Below are positions 1 to 13,789 of a DNA stretch of 64,000 nt, in pieces. Position 1 is the stretch's first letter, and every line of letters starts with the position of its first letter. The stretch is from Octopus vulgaris. Taxonomy: Eukaryota. Under the pieces are notes generated by a model, which was given only the letters and a program-made list of their open reading frames with translations, did not search any database and had not been told where the DNA came from. The position numbers and the translations under genes were made by a program. The stretch covers positions 55,304,001 through 55,368,000 of the forward strand of contig OX597825.1 in NCBI GenBank assembly GCA_951406725.2, written 5' to 3'.

Positions 1-53
1 TATATATATATATATACACATATATATATATATATACACACATATATACACAC

Positions 54-88
<35 letters not shown>

Positions 89-445
89 CATACGTACATA
101 TATATACATACATATATATATATATACGTGCATATATATACATACATATATATATATATACATACATATACATATATATATATGCATATATATATATATA
201 TATACATATATACACATATATATATGCATATATATACATATATATATATGCATATATATATATACATATATACACATATATATATATATATGCATATATA
301 TATATACATATATACACATATATATACACACATATATATATACACACATATATATATACACATATATATATACACATATATATACACGCACACACACACA
401 CATATATATATATACATACACACACATATATATATATATAGATAC
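1..445. repeat. Compound (TA)n/(CA)n microsatellite
   Basis: Continuous TA/CA/CATA units; source of spurious ORF 128..475. Confidence 0.97.
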
Positions 446-1129
446 ATTTTTTATATAATTTGTTTATATTTCTAGCATTCCCAACTCATAGATGTTGAGT
501 TCAAACTCACCACAAGAATATTGTGTTTCATGAAGAACAAATAGCAATGCATTGCCAAAGTTTGCCTGGCTGCTATGGGAATATTAGCTGTGATACACCA
601 TAATCATATTCAAGAGTAACTTTAGTTTATCCCCTTAGTATCGTTAAACCAAGGAGCTAAGCCATTAATTCCATAAAGTCCTCTATGAGTCAACTGGAAA
701 TATTAAACAGTTTTAAATTACTGCAGAGGATCATCAATGAATGTTTTACATTATGAGATGATGTAAGGACATAAATAATGTTTAGTTTCATCCTGTTCAA
801 TCCTGAAACAAAATCCCATTGGCCACAACTGACTTTGACTTTATTTTGTAGGTTTTACCAGGAAAACATAAGACATTAAAACCAGGAAAACACAATGTAA
901 TAGTGAAACATAACTTAATATAATAAGGTTATATTGGAGTTATGGTTTAATATTACATGCATTTAGTGACTTCTTTGTTCTGATATCTGTGACAAATGAG
1001 TTTCAGGTCACCAAGAACTGTTAACTGAAATAGATTAGCACCTTATCCCAGTGTTCATGATGTAGTCATCTCTGTTCTGGGATGTACAGCTTGAGTCTGG
1101 TGTCCTGCTCTAGGGACACCAAACTCAAG

Positions 1130-1700
1130 AAACAGAGGTGTGAGTGATAGAGGCATGAGTGAGAGAGACATGAGTGATAGAAAGTTATGAGTGATAGAGA
1201 CACAAGTGATAGTCAGTCATGAATGATAAGCAGTCACAAGTGATAGACAGTCATGAGTAATAGATAGTCACAAGTGATAAACAGGCATTATTGACACAGA
1301 CAAGCATGACTGACACAGACAAGCATGACTGACACAGACAGACTGACAGACATGACCGAGACAGACAGGTACGGCTGAGATTGACAGGCACAACTGAGAC
1401 TGACCGACATGAGTGAGATGTACAGCCATAAGTAACAGACAGGCATGAATAGTAAAGGTATGTGTGATAATGGCTTGAGTAATTAATAAGCATGATTGAT
1501 AAAAGCAAGAGAACAATAGAGATGGCTGTGAAAGAGGTGTAAGTAATAGGGACAGGAGTGAAAGAGGCAGAAGAAATAGTGATTTGTGTATTAGGGGACA
1601 TGAATGATTGAGGTATGAATGGTAGAGATAAGAGGGATGCATGAAAGAGAGATGACTAATGACAGAAGGTATGGTGACCTAACAAAGTGATAATAGAGGA
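1130..1700. repeat. Degenerate minisatellite, ~18-20 bp unit (GACAGGCATGAGTGATA-like)
   Basis: Recurrent catgagtgatag / cacaagtgatag / agcatgactgacacagac units decaying rightwards. Confidence 0.75.
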
Positions 1701-2136
1701 AGAGCCAGGAGGTGATGATGTGTGTGCGATTGCATGGCAGAGAGAGAGAGAGAGTGTGTGTGTGTGTGTGTGTGTATGCGCATGTGTGTGTGTATGCGCA
1801 TGCGTGTGTTTGTCTAAGTGATTTCTAATGAGATGTAGAAACACGAGATTTGTCAGATGCTCAGTGTGAAATCATAACGAACTGAATAAACCACTGGAAG
1901 TTGTTACGGTGGTTTATCAACAGTTAAGATTTTCACAGAGACATTACATTAGATATATTTGCTAACCATATACAGTATATGATTTCCTAATACATATTTA
2001 TTCATAACCCTGCTGTGTTAATACATCTGTGGGTGTGTGTGTGTGTATATATATATGTTTGTTTATGAGTGTGCATCATCAAAGTTCAACGTCCATTTTT
2101 CCATGGCTGGTATGTATCTATCTTATCTTTATCTAT

Positions 2137-2173
<37 letters not shown>

Positions 2174-2184
2174 TATATATATGC

Positions 2185-2650
2185 ATGCTGACAAATTATT
2201 TACAGCTTTTGAAAAGCAACTGTTTGAAAATGAAATATATCCATTTGACATACAAGATATCCCTGATAACATATGGCAACATACTTTGCAGAAAATTGGA
2301 CTAATTTTAAGAGAAAATATTTCAACATAAAACAATTATCGACCCATGACTTCGCCAAACATGAATAACTAAAAACATCAGCATCAAAAAATTTTTTTAA
2401 ATGCGTTCATTCTGCAAGATCTTAGAAATTTTTAACAGGCATGTCCAGATCGGTTTCTTCAAGGAAAACGTTAAAAAATTAAATTGCAGTCAAAAAGCAA
2501 CCTTCCAGGTCATTAAACAAGCAATTTACGTTTACAAAGAAGATATTTGTGATGAGAATCTACCAAGAACTTAAGAACTTTTTCATTGATAAGCCTGGTG
2601 GATCAAAGAAATCTTTTCTGTACAGTATGATTCTATCACATTCTACAAAC
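2185..2650 (+). pseudogene. Helitron RepHel fossil (N-terminal part of PIF1-like helicase)
   Basis: From 2461: KENVKKLNCSQKATFQVIKQAIY, then after a stop/frameshift FFIDKPGGSKKSFLYSMILS. Matches Helitron helicase LN.EQ..AF..I...FFIDGPGGTGKTFLY (Walker A). Confidence 0.75.
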
Positions 2651-2741
2651 AAGACAGCTAGATGAGACAATAGCAACTGCCTTGTCCTGTTACCACATAT
2701 AACAAAACATATAAGTAGAAATTTCTTTGATATCATTTATT

Positions 2742-2840
2742 CTCCATTACACGTGTTTCATTTACTAATAAGAATTACAGAATTTTATATGTTAAATAAA
2801 CATGCAAGAAATTTCCTATTAGAAAATCTTCAGGCAAAAA
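2742..2840 (-). ncRNA. Type-I hammerhead-ribozyme-like motif (Penelope-like type)
   Basis: Minus strand: CTGAAGA (2833-2827), stem II tttctaata/tattagtaaa, GAAAC-ACGT-GTA (2759-2748); stem I decayed. Confidence 0.65.
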
Positions 2841-3074
2841 TAAAAAAGTATATTATATAGATAATAAATACCAAAAAATTTCCACTTTCATGTTTTGTTA
2901 TACAATAACACTGTAAATAATATTTCCATAATTCTCAGTTTTAATATGTATTTAGACTAAAATACAGCAGCAACTGTGACCACATATTGGATTGTAATAA
3001 TAGAATAAGCAGATACATTTCAAGAGAAAACAGCTGGGATTTACCCTAACTACCTGTATTACATACATACACAC

Positions 3075-3123
<49 letters not shown>

Positions 3124-3329
3124 AGTGTGTGTGTGTATTCATTTACACTTTTACTCATTTCAGCCATATGGCTGTGGTCATGTGATATATATACATTTAT
3201 ATATAAAGTACTTACACAAGGCCCCTCAGCGATGACATCAAATCACTCCCTCTATCTTAACTATCACCAGTCACAAGTACTATCCATCATTCTCTGTCTC
3301 TTACATTACTCCTCTATCAGTCACTGTTG

Positions 3330-3378
<49 letters not shown>

Positions 3379-3574
3379 GTTACACTCCCACTTTCATTAC
3401 TCCATCTTCCATCAGCCTGCCTCCTTCACTCTCACTCTTTCTTTTCCTACATGTATATAGCTGCCACATTTGTCTCTCTGACATTACCTCCTCTTTTATT
3501 ACCTTTTCACCCTTCATCATTGTTTCAACTACCAGACTCCCTTTTCTTTCACCCTCACATTCTGGTTCTGTCAG

Positions 3575-5790
3575 AAAATACTCTAAAATACTATTTATGG
3601 AACAAATGATGCTCCACAGAATCAAGAGCAACAATATTTTGGACCTCTGCTCTACAGACAACATACATATGAAAGTGACACCAAAAACATTCTCAGATTA
3701 TATCATGGTAGAATTAAACAATGTGTGATCCAAAAACAATCATAGATACATGCCCTTCAAGAAATGCAAAAACTATTAAGCCCAAACTTCCAAAAATTAA
3801 ACTGGAAATTGATAATGCAAGCCATGTACATTACATTTCTTTGAAAGAGAAGGAGCCAAGAAACAGAAAGACATTATTCTTACAGACAGAGATGTTCTGA
3901 TGAAACAGAAAAAGATTACTAATCATTTAAAATGAATAACTTAAAGACAGTGAAAGGTCCCACTAAAAGAAAAAAGAAAAGAAGAAGGCAGGAAGAGAAA
4001 CCATGGTTACAAAACATTTTTAAATGAATCCAAAAGCTTTCTTTAAATTAGCAAAAGAATCGCCCTCAGTCTATTACAAAGTGGTACCATTATCCCAAAG
4101 AAATAAGTCATTTAGTGCAGACCAAAATGGATGAGTGAAATATTGAATGAACAATTTGAAAGCATTTCATCTCCATGCTAGAAGACTTGTAAATGAATAA
4201 GCCAGATGAGTTCTTTGACACTATAGCTCTACATAGGGAGGTGGCAACCATAATTACATTGACCATAGATGAAAGGAACTTAAATTTAGTAGCAGGCATC
4301 AATGGTTTTTAAATAACTCTCTTAAACAGATGCAAGAAAACTCATTGTTTTCTTGCAAAACCATTGTAGATATTTTTTAGGACTTCCTTGCATGTGGCAA
4401 ACTCGCTAAAAAGAAAGAAGAACCAATAAGCCCAATCGATAAAGGAGGAAGTGGAGCAGATACTAAAAATTACAGATAACTCATCAAACTTCATACATTA
4501 GCAAAGTCATGGAGTGAGTTATCAGAGGAAAGATGATTAGAAGAATTTTTAGACGAAAATGACTTGCTCACAGACATCTGGCACAGCTATTATGGCATTA
4601 TGACTGAGTACTGGTAGAGTAATTCATTCATACAAGAGTGGAGTGGTTGTGATATCTCTCAACTTTACAAAGACCATCAATAAAGCTGATCATGGAATGA
4701 CATGTCATAAACAACTAGAATAGGTACAGAATTTCTGAAAGGGAGAAGTTAGGCAGTTGCAGTCAATGTAGCTCCCTCAGAAAAGATATTAATTTTGGGA
4801 GGAGACACTCAGGGAAACATTTTGGGTCTATTGCGAAATGTGGTGGCTCTCTTGAACATGCCCTTAGTCATACAAACAGCTACTCTCACTAGATTTATTG
4901 ATGATACAAAAATATGACAGACAATCAAGAACTGTGATGAAGTCATGAATCTACAAAGAGATCTTAGTGCAATATACAAATGGGCTGAAGTAAAGAACAT
5001 GCAGTTTAATGTTGCAAAAATTCAAGAACTCAGCTGCAATCTCATGAGGGAAAACAATCCCAGAGCATATTATCAGTGCATGAGGCTGAAAGTTAATATC
5101 AATAATGATGCTTTGTCTGAGGTGGATATTACAAAGATGTAACAATATGCAGGCAAATGGATAGATGAATTCTAGGCTTATTCAGAGTGACAGAACTGGA
5201 AATCATGCTGGTCCTGTGGAAGACATTTGTTTTTAGCTATCTGGACTGTTAGCAAAGTGCAGATAGCTCTGAATGCTCTAACTTAGCAAAGTAATGGAGG
5301 AACTTAAAGCAATTCAATGCTATCAAAACCAAGAATGTTGACTCATTGCAACAAAGGATTAAGAGAGCTGAAAGAATTAAGATCCGTCTTCCGGGTAAAA
5401 AGGCAGGAAACATATGTAGTGATATATACAGAAGATACTGCAAAGTTTCACGCCAAAGTCTGGGATTGAAAGCTACAGCAATCACGGAAATGGATGCTAT
5501 TTCACTGTACTAAAGGTTTCACTCACCTTCTTAGTAGTTAGGTTCTGGGACTGTATCAGTTTAGATCAACAAAACTTTAGTGTATTACCAAAAAAATTAA
5601 GAGCGGAGAGAGAGGATTTATAGAAAACTCTGAGACTTCAGACAAAACTAAGTCACAGCTAGAAATGCATGTGAAGACAGAGGTCTTAAGACTCTTCATT
5701 CATCAGAGACCAACCACAAAGAGAGGATAGTGGAAATGCCAGGAATAATAATGGCAATGCACATTCTAGCATTGCAGCCAATAAGCTGAA
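3575..5790 (+). mobile_element. Decayed CR1-group LINE ORF2 (EN C-terminus plus RT)
   Basis: EQMMLHRIKSNNILDLCSTDN (EN end); PIDKGGSGADTKNYR at ~4432; FIDDTK (YADD-type motif) at ~4894; LQRDLSAIYKWAEVKNMQFN; many stops and frameshifts. Confidence 0.85.
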
Positions 5791-5839
5791 ACAAGCAAAA
5801 CACTAAAAACTATACACACACAGGTATGTATATATACAT

Positions 5840-5872
<33 letters not shown>

Positions 5873-5877
5873 CATAT

Positions 5878-5908
<31 letters not shown>

Positions 5909-7565
5909 CATACATACATATTATATACACATCTATAGCTGTGAGTGGGTATGAGTGTGCATATATGCATATATATAAACATGTATATATACAGATATAC
6001 AGGCATAGTGCTATCTATCTATCTATCTATCTCTCTATATATATATACACACACACATATACATACATATGTATATATATGCGTATATACACACATAGCA
6101 TAAAACAGACACATCTACACACATACACACACAAAATAACACAGAGTGTTTGTAATCGTGCATGTCACAGAGGACAGTATGTTATTTAAAAGAAAATTAA
6201 TGTAAACAAAATATGAAATATATAATTTCACTTAAATAATTCTATTTAAATTGAATTAATCCTTCGAACATACATCGTTCTCAAAGATTTACATCTTATC
6301 TTCATTCCTGTGTTCTTGTACTTAGGAAACCCTTATCGGATTCCAATTCCAAAGGATTTAGCAAATATGTAAAAATAATTTTCTCCACCTCCTTTACCAT
6401 CTCTCTAGTTTTCTCAATGATTTTCTCTCTTTCATTTGCCTCTTACTATATGTCTGCACATATGTACACACACACACACACACGCACACACACACACATA
6501 TATATATGTGTATTATACATACATATGTATATGTATGCATATATATATATATGTTTGTGTACATATATATTTATGTGTGTGAGTACATATATATTCCTAT
6601 GTATATACATATAGATACACACACACACATATACTCATATATATGAGTGTATCTTATTGTACACGTGCAACCTTATATATATGCTTGATTGTGCTCATAT
6701 ACACAGAAAGAGTCTATTCACATTCACCTACACATATATGTATATATAAACATATTGATATCAATGATGATATATGCACACACACATTGTGTATGTGTGT
6801 ATACATATATACACGTACATTATGTTTGTGTGTTTGTGTGTGTGTGTGCATCTGTATGTATGTATACTCATTACATACGCACAAACGTGCTAGAATAAAC
6901 AATTTTCAAAAGAAATCAGAAAGAGAAATTAGTCAGTGTACATCTTCATTGAACTCATGTAAAATTATATTAATATTTATGAAGATTATGATAAATATTT
7001 ATATACACCCTACTCCTTTACAGATAAACATATACACACACACACATATATATACATATATTCTTGTACATATGTATGTTTGTGCATTCATATATACACA
7101 CACATAACATACATTATATACATGCATGCATTCACATACACTTATTGATATATTACAGAATGAAATTCTAGGCTTTCCTATCAACACTGATATCAGATGA
7201 GTGAGCATTGGAGAGCGTTGCAGTTTTTGACTGGAATCATTCCTCGTTGGCCTATATGTAAATATGTATATGAGTATATGTCTGTGAATACATATATGTA
7301 TGTGTGAGAGAGAATGTGTGCTTACATGTGTGTGTGTATGCATAGTAGCATGTACAATATATGTGTTTGTACATATATGTTATTGTGTTTGCATATATCC
7401 AATATTCCAGTCCCAATGAAAATTTATAGATTTGTTTTTCCTGCTCCTAATTAGAAATATAAACTAAAGTTAAATAAGATTTTCTATTGATATATAAGGG
7501 GTTGAGCAAAAAAAATTTAAGTACAAAAGGAATTTTATGTTGCAGTGTTTGTGTTTTTCTAAGAA

Positions 7566-7810
7566 ATTATTATTATATGAAAAATATAAGCTTATTTTAC
7601 TGGGAATGATGGAAAGTGTCAGCTGTCCACAGCCAGCGGACTAAGGTGACCCTTGGTTTTTGATCATGCTTCAAGAACCCAGTGAAGAATTCTTGCAGTC
7701 CTAAGCAATGTTGATTTTTGTAGGTGTTCTACCTTCACACTCGCCCTGATCTTTTTCCACAGGGGTTCTCTGGTAGTAACACTCCCTAATAATTATGTTT
7801 ACTTGTTTAC
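7566..7810 (-). mobile_element. 3' end of R4/Dong-clade (RLE) LINE
   Basis: Minus strand VKVEHLQKSTLLRTARILHWVLEA* (QKS.LL.TARIL C-terminal motif), short 3' UTR, ends in (AAT)n. Confidence 0.7.
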
Positions 7811-7936
7811 TCCACCTATGTCTTGTAGCATGGCTAGCAGTTGCTGGATTACGACCAGGCCTACTCTGCTGCACATATCATCATCATCATCATCATCACC
7901 ATTATCAACATCATTATTATTATTTTTTTTATCACT

Positions 7937-8372
7937 AAGGCAGCAAGCTGGCAGAATCATTAGCATGCTAGGTAAAATGCTTAGTGGCATTTTGTCCATG
8001 TTTGTGTTCTGAGTTCAAATTCCACCAAGGTTGACTTTGCTTTTTATCCATTCAGGGTCAATGAAAGAAGTACCAGTCGAGCACTGGGGTTGATGTAATC
8101 AACTAGTCCCCTCCTCCACAATTTCAGGTCATGTACCTTTAGCAGAAAGAATTATTAAGGCAGCAAACTAGCAGAATCATTACCTTGTCTTGCAAAATGC
8201 TCAGCAGCATTCCATCCATCTTTACATTCTGAGTTCAAATTCTACCACAGTCAACTTTACCTTTCATCTTTTCAGGGTCGATAAAATAAGTACCAGTTGA
8301 GTACTGGGGTTGATGTAATCAACTAGCCCCCTCCCCTAAAAATTTTAGGCCTTGTGCCTGTAGCAGAAAAGA
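7937..8372 (+). mobile_element. Two tandem copies of tRNA-headed SINE family A (7937-8156, 8157-8372)
   Basis: A-box-like TGGCAGAATC, B-box GAGTTCAAATTCC, core GACTTTGCCTTTCATCC..GGGTCGATAAAATAAGTACCAG, (ATT)n tail; same family recurs about 20 times in the window. Confidence 0.9.
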
Positions 8373-8429
8373 TTGTTATTATGATTATTGTTATTATTAT
8401 TATAATTATTACTATTATTATTATTATTT

Positions 8430-9170
8430 AATGGTATGCTCAAAAGTGCTACATCTGGAATCGATGTCCTTGATAGCAAATCACATCTAATTTCCTTGGA
8501 TATTGAGAGCCTATCAAACAATCCTTGCTCTTCTTAACAGAGTAGATTTCTGTATTAATAGTTCTTGTAGTTACTCAGACCTCAGTAAGGAAGCTACCAA
8601 GTGTGTTAACAGTACTTAGGATTACTTTTGCAGAAATCCTCCACAGTCTTTGCATTCCCCTAGCTAAATTTCACAATTTTCTGGGGTTTTTTTTTCACCT
8701 GTTATTAGACAGCTACATTCATATCAGCAGAAACAGCCATTTCTGTGAAGATGCACTCTTTTAACACCTTGTCCCAGATGATAATATCTAGTTGTTTTCC
8801 TTGAATCTCATGGTCAGTCTGTACAATAAAGTCCCATAATATCTTAAACTGGTCATTCTTTGTCATGCTTCCAAGTTGGTGACCGTATCATGTTCAGCTC
8901 ACATCAAAACCTCTTTGATGTAATATATCCCAGTATAATGTTCTGGCTGCATGATCATGTCTCTGTTTATATTTCTTTGCCAAAGAACAAGTAATTATGA
9001 ACACAATGGTCTCATCTTCCTCTTTACACATTCTGCACATAACATTTTTCATTTGTTCATCATGACTGACTTTGAGCAGCCAAAATGAGTCCTTTTCCTT
9101 TCATGAGTTCTCTTTTCTTCAGTCATTACCAAGATTCATCTGCTGTAAAATCCTGCAGATATTGCACTCA
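8430..9170 (-). mobile_element. R4/Dong-clade LINE 3' fragment (zinc knuckle plus RLE endonuclease)
   Basis: Minus strand CRMCKEEDETIVFIITC, YKQRHDHAARTLYWDI, KILWDFIVQTDHEIQGKQLDIII, QKSTLLRRARI; ends at (AAT)n. Confidence 0.85.
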
Positions 9171-9554
9171 CAATTACAAGATTGTGTTTTTAATTCCCAC
9201 ATCTTAGCCAAAATTCTTCATTTCACATTGTTCCGGTTTACTAAGCTGTAACTGGGTAATCCTGCAACAGACTGGCATATCATTCAGGTGGTATGTTGTG
9301 ATCTCAGTCACTTATTCACCATGGAAACCAGGTAACTGTCCCTATGAGCTCAAGGACACAAAACACTAATGTTCAAGGGTTACTTTAACATGGATCATAA
9401 TGAGATATTACACACAATGCAGAGCCATGATTCACAATGACTTTTGTTCAAATCCTACCATGGTCAATTTTGACCTTGTCGTCCTGGGATTCATAAAACA
9501 AAATACTAGTCATGGACATGGGACTGATTTATGCAAATAAGCTCATTCATTCAT

Positions 9555-9900
9555 TGCAGCTGTCGAATTAGTGTTATTATATGGCAGTGAAACATGGACA
9601 CTGACAAAGAAGTTATCAAACAGGCTAAATGGATGTTACACAAGGATGCTGTGAATGGCCCTAAATGTGAAATGGCAGCAATATATGACAAATGAATGCC
9701 TTTATGGAGACCTGCCAAAAGTTTACGAGAAGATCAGGTGAAGACAGCTGCAATTATCTGGTCACTGTATCCAAATTAGTCTTGAGTAACCCACTTCATG
9801 GTGATGAAAGAAGAGGAAAACGTCATCACACATCAACAACTTGATTGCAGACACTGGTCTGGAATGTATCCATGATGTCAAGGCAGTGATGAAGGATCAA
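9555..9900 (+). mobile_element. RTE/RTE-X LINE C-terminal fragment
   Basis: VLLYGSETWTLTKKLSNRLNGCYTRML*MALNVKWQQYMTNECLYGDLPK..IR*RQLQLSGHC. Confidence 0.85.
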
Positions 9901-10131
9901 AAAGTGTGGTGGGTGGACTTTGTTGCTGCAGCCTGGGTTGGAACACAGCCATAGAAAGAAGCATATTCTCCAAACAAAAGAAGATAATTCTGTATGTTTT
10001 GGAAAAATAGATTTCATTAGTGGAAATATAGGAATAATCTATGACCATTGGTACTAGCAACTGATTTTTTTATATGAAATGTTCACTCAGTTTATCCATG
10101 TCAGTGTATATTTATTATTAATAAGTAAGTT

Positions 10132-10345
10132 AAAGTGGTGAATTGGCAGAATCCTTAGCACACTGGACAAAATGCTTTGCAGTATTTCAACTACCTTTAC
10201 ATTCTGAGTTCAAATTCCATCAAGGCTGACTTTGCTTTCATCCTTTTGGGATGGATAAAATAAGTACAAGTGCAGGGGTCAATGTATTTGACTAGCTCTG
10301 TCTCCAAAATTTCAAGCTTTGTGCCTATAGTAGAAAAGATTATTG
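10132..10345 (+). mobile_element. SINE family A copy
   Basis: Same head, B box and core as 7937 copies. Confidence 0.85.
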
Positions 10346-12079
10346 ATAAGGAAGTATAAGACAAGATTCCGTTTTGGGATTAATTTTTTAGCCTTTTTAT
10401 GGCAATAATATCTGTTACTTGTTTAAATTTTACACTCATGCACATACATTTATAAGCACATCTGTGTGAATATATGTGTGTGCATGTATGTGTATCAAGC
10501 ACTAACTGCAAACAAATGTCACAATCATGTGAGTGGTGCCAATCATTTGCAATCTTTCATGAAAAACGTGTCAGGTCATTATGATGTTCATGTTCACAAA
10601 ATTTAGAGAAATATTACCTAGCTTGGAAGTAGATGAGGATTGGCAAAAAGAAGAGCAACCAACTATAGTAAATTTGCCTCAATGAATTGTCTGCCCCAAA
10701 CAAGCATGGAAAAGCTACTTTTGGTGTTAGTGTCAGTTTTTGTAGTTGCTGTTGCTGTTATAGCTACTCTCACTTATTCTTATCACTGTCTGATGATGAT
10801 GATGATGAAGGACAATGATGATGATAATGACAATGATTATGATGGTGATGATGATGATAATAACAATGGGGACTACTACTGTTGTCAACAATGTTGATGA
10901 TCGTGATGATCAATAGATATTAAATTCATGTGCAATCATTACTCTATATTGTATTATGACCAAGAAACAGAGAGGTAGCTTTAGTCTTTAGTCAAAACTC
11001 TTAGTACTGATACTCTATACAGGAGAAAACTAAAAAAAGAAGAAAAAAATGATAACATCCATCATTGAAGCACACAATCAACAAATATAGAATGAATGCA
11101 TGACTAACATGGGAAGTTTTAGGGCAATTATTATAGACAAGATATTAATTTCAGGGATTTCAGGTGCTGAAACAAATGTCTACATTTACAGACCTACTCA
11201 ACTCACACCATCTCAAGGGAAAAAAAATCATAAATATATAAATAAAGGCATGAAGGAATAAATAATTAGAGAGTTGACAGAAAATGGAAGACACATAATA
11301 TAATTGTCTCTCACGAGTCTCAACAGAAATGCAATAATAATAATAATAACAATAATAATAATAATAATGTGTGCGTGTGTGTGAATGTGTAAAGAATAAA
11401 AACCTATAGTAATGACAACTGAAGAAACAATATCGTGATTAGCTAAATATGAATCTTTTTCTAAGATGTAATCAACCATAATTTCTTTGCTTTCATCTCT
11501 TTGATGTCATCTAGTTTTTACTCCTCCCCATCCTTCTTGCCTTCTTTTATTCCCACACATCCCCTTTTTCTCTTTTCTCTCTATGTTTACTCTCTCTCTC
11601 TCTCTTTCTCTTCTCTGTCTCTCTCTCTCTCTCTCACTTTTTCTCTCCCCTTCTTTTTCTTCAGGACACTTTGCTTCTCTTCTGCAATTGTTGATTTAGA
11701 AAATAAAGGTGTCCTCATTGTTGCTATTGTTGTAGTAATTTTTGTTGTTGGTGTTGCTGTTGTTGTTAATGCTGCAGTTGTAATTGTTGCTGCTGTTGTT
11801 GTTGTTGTTGTTAATCTTTTTCCTATTATTGTTTTATAGTTATCGTTGATATAATTGTTACTGTTGTTGTTCTTGCTGATGCTCTTACTGATGTGATTGT
11901 TGTTGTTGTTGTTGTTGCTGCTGATACTTTTGTTACGGTTGTTCTTGTTGCTATGGTTGTAGTCACTGTTGTTACGATAATTGATGTTGTTGTTGTTGTT
12001 GTTGATGTTTTAACAACGTACTTCCTCTCGCTTTGATTTAGCTTTACTATTTTTATTGTTATTGTTGCAGCAACAGCAA

Positions 12080-12118
<39 letters not shown>

Positions 12119-12660
12119 TAGTAGTAGTAATGGTGGTAAAACTGCAGTCATTCTTGATGTTCTTGTCATTGTTGTAGTAAAACTTTCGGTGCTAGTGTCA
12201 TTGCAGTTTTTGTGGTTATTGTAGCTGTAGTTGTTATAGCTACTCTTACTTATTCTTATCACTGTCATCAATCTCACTAGCTGCATAGTACATTATTTAT
12301 TTATTCATTTATTTATTTGTATCTGTATTTATAGAGTTCAGTCATTTATTCTTTCTCGCCTTCTTTCACTTCCTTCCCCTTCTATTGTTTCCTCTCTCTC
12401 TCTCTCTCTCTCTTTATCTATCAATCTAGCTCTCGCTCTCTCTCCCTCTCACCCTTTCACTCCGTCCTACTTTCACTTTCTTTCCAGTTGAATAACAAAA
12501 GAATCCTCATTTGGGTAGATTCCATAATTTTTCTTAATTGTCTTTGATTGAACACTTCCAGACTGTCTGAGTTTCCAAACTAAAACGGATTGTCATGTCT
12601 TTTTACAGTTGATACACTTCCCATTTCTCTCCCCTCTCTTTCTCACCAGCATTGTGTATG

Positions 12661-12709
<49 letters not shown>

Positions 12710-12788
12710 TAATACATACATAGATATATACATGAGTACATTTCTGTGTATATCCGTGTGTGTACGTATTCAAACACACACACACATG

Positions 12789-12821
<33 letters not shown>

Positions 12822-12955
12822 TTATATACACATATATATATATATATAATTATCATTTATTGTTAGAAAATGAAGTTTCCTGAATCATAACTCTGAGTAT
12901 TATGTTGCTAATTACTTAGATATTTCAAGAAGAGAGGCAACATCACAATATTTAA

Positions 12956-13405
12956 CCCTTTTAAGGAGGCGAGCTGGCAGAAATGTTAGTACACCATATG
13001 AAATGCTTAGTGGTATTTCGTCTGTCTTCATATTCTGTGTTCAAATTCTGCCAAAGTCGACTTTGCCTTTCATCCTTTCAGGTCAATAAATTAAGTACCA
13101 CTTGCATACTGGAATTGATATAATCAACTGGCCCCCTCTCCAAAAACTTTGGGCCTTGTGCCTAGAGTAGAAAAGAATATTTAACTCTTTTGATACCAAC
13201 CCGGTTGAAACCACCCTCTCTCTGTAGTACAAATGTCTTGTTTTCATGAGTTTTTAATTAAAATCTTCCACTAACTCATAGTCACAATTTATGTTCCTAA
13301 CACCAGCTTAATAATACCTAAGTTATTTTACTAAATTCTTTTTTATATTTAAAATTAATTGAAAGAAACACAGAACATCTCAAAATGAATACAGCAACAA
13401 AAGGG
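12956..13405. mobile_element. piggyBac-type MITE (TTAA|CCCTTTT...AAAAGGG|TTAA) interrupted by a SINE
   Basis: TTAA at 12952-12955 and 13406-13409; CCCTTTTG/CAAAAGGG termini; related copy at 61757-61977. Confidence 0.75.
12963..13175 (+). mobile_element. Full-length SINE family A with 16-bp TSD
   Basis: TSD aatatttaaccctttt (12947-12962) / aatatttaactctttt (13176-13191). Confidence 0.92.
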
Positions 13406-13789
13406 TTAAGCAAGAAATTTTATAAACACAACATAATCTGAATAGCCATTGTGATTTGATTTGTTACCAACAACCTTTAGAAAATGTAGGGTTTTCTGAA
13501 AAATCAATTTAAGAGGAAATTCTAGCAACATGTGCATATATTCAGATACTCAGGAAGATACCTCACCACCTCACTCTTCAAATAAATCTGGTAGTTAAAG
13601 GATGATGATTTTTAACTATCATCAAAGCAACTGGTCCATTACAGAACAAGAGGTCCCCAAATAAATGGCTATGAAAGGTGTAATCCTTGTTTCTCTGAAA
13701 TCTACATTTTAATATAGTCATTTGAAACAATGGGCAAAAAATCTGAATTGGGGATTCCTCACAGGCACCTCCATTGACATTTTGAGGAA

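Noticed and set aside
7566-8372. R4/Dong LINE as the mobilising partner of SINE A
   Set aside because: No shared 3' sequence seen, and tails are opposite-strand repeats (AAT versus ATT)
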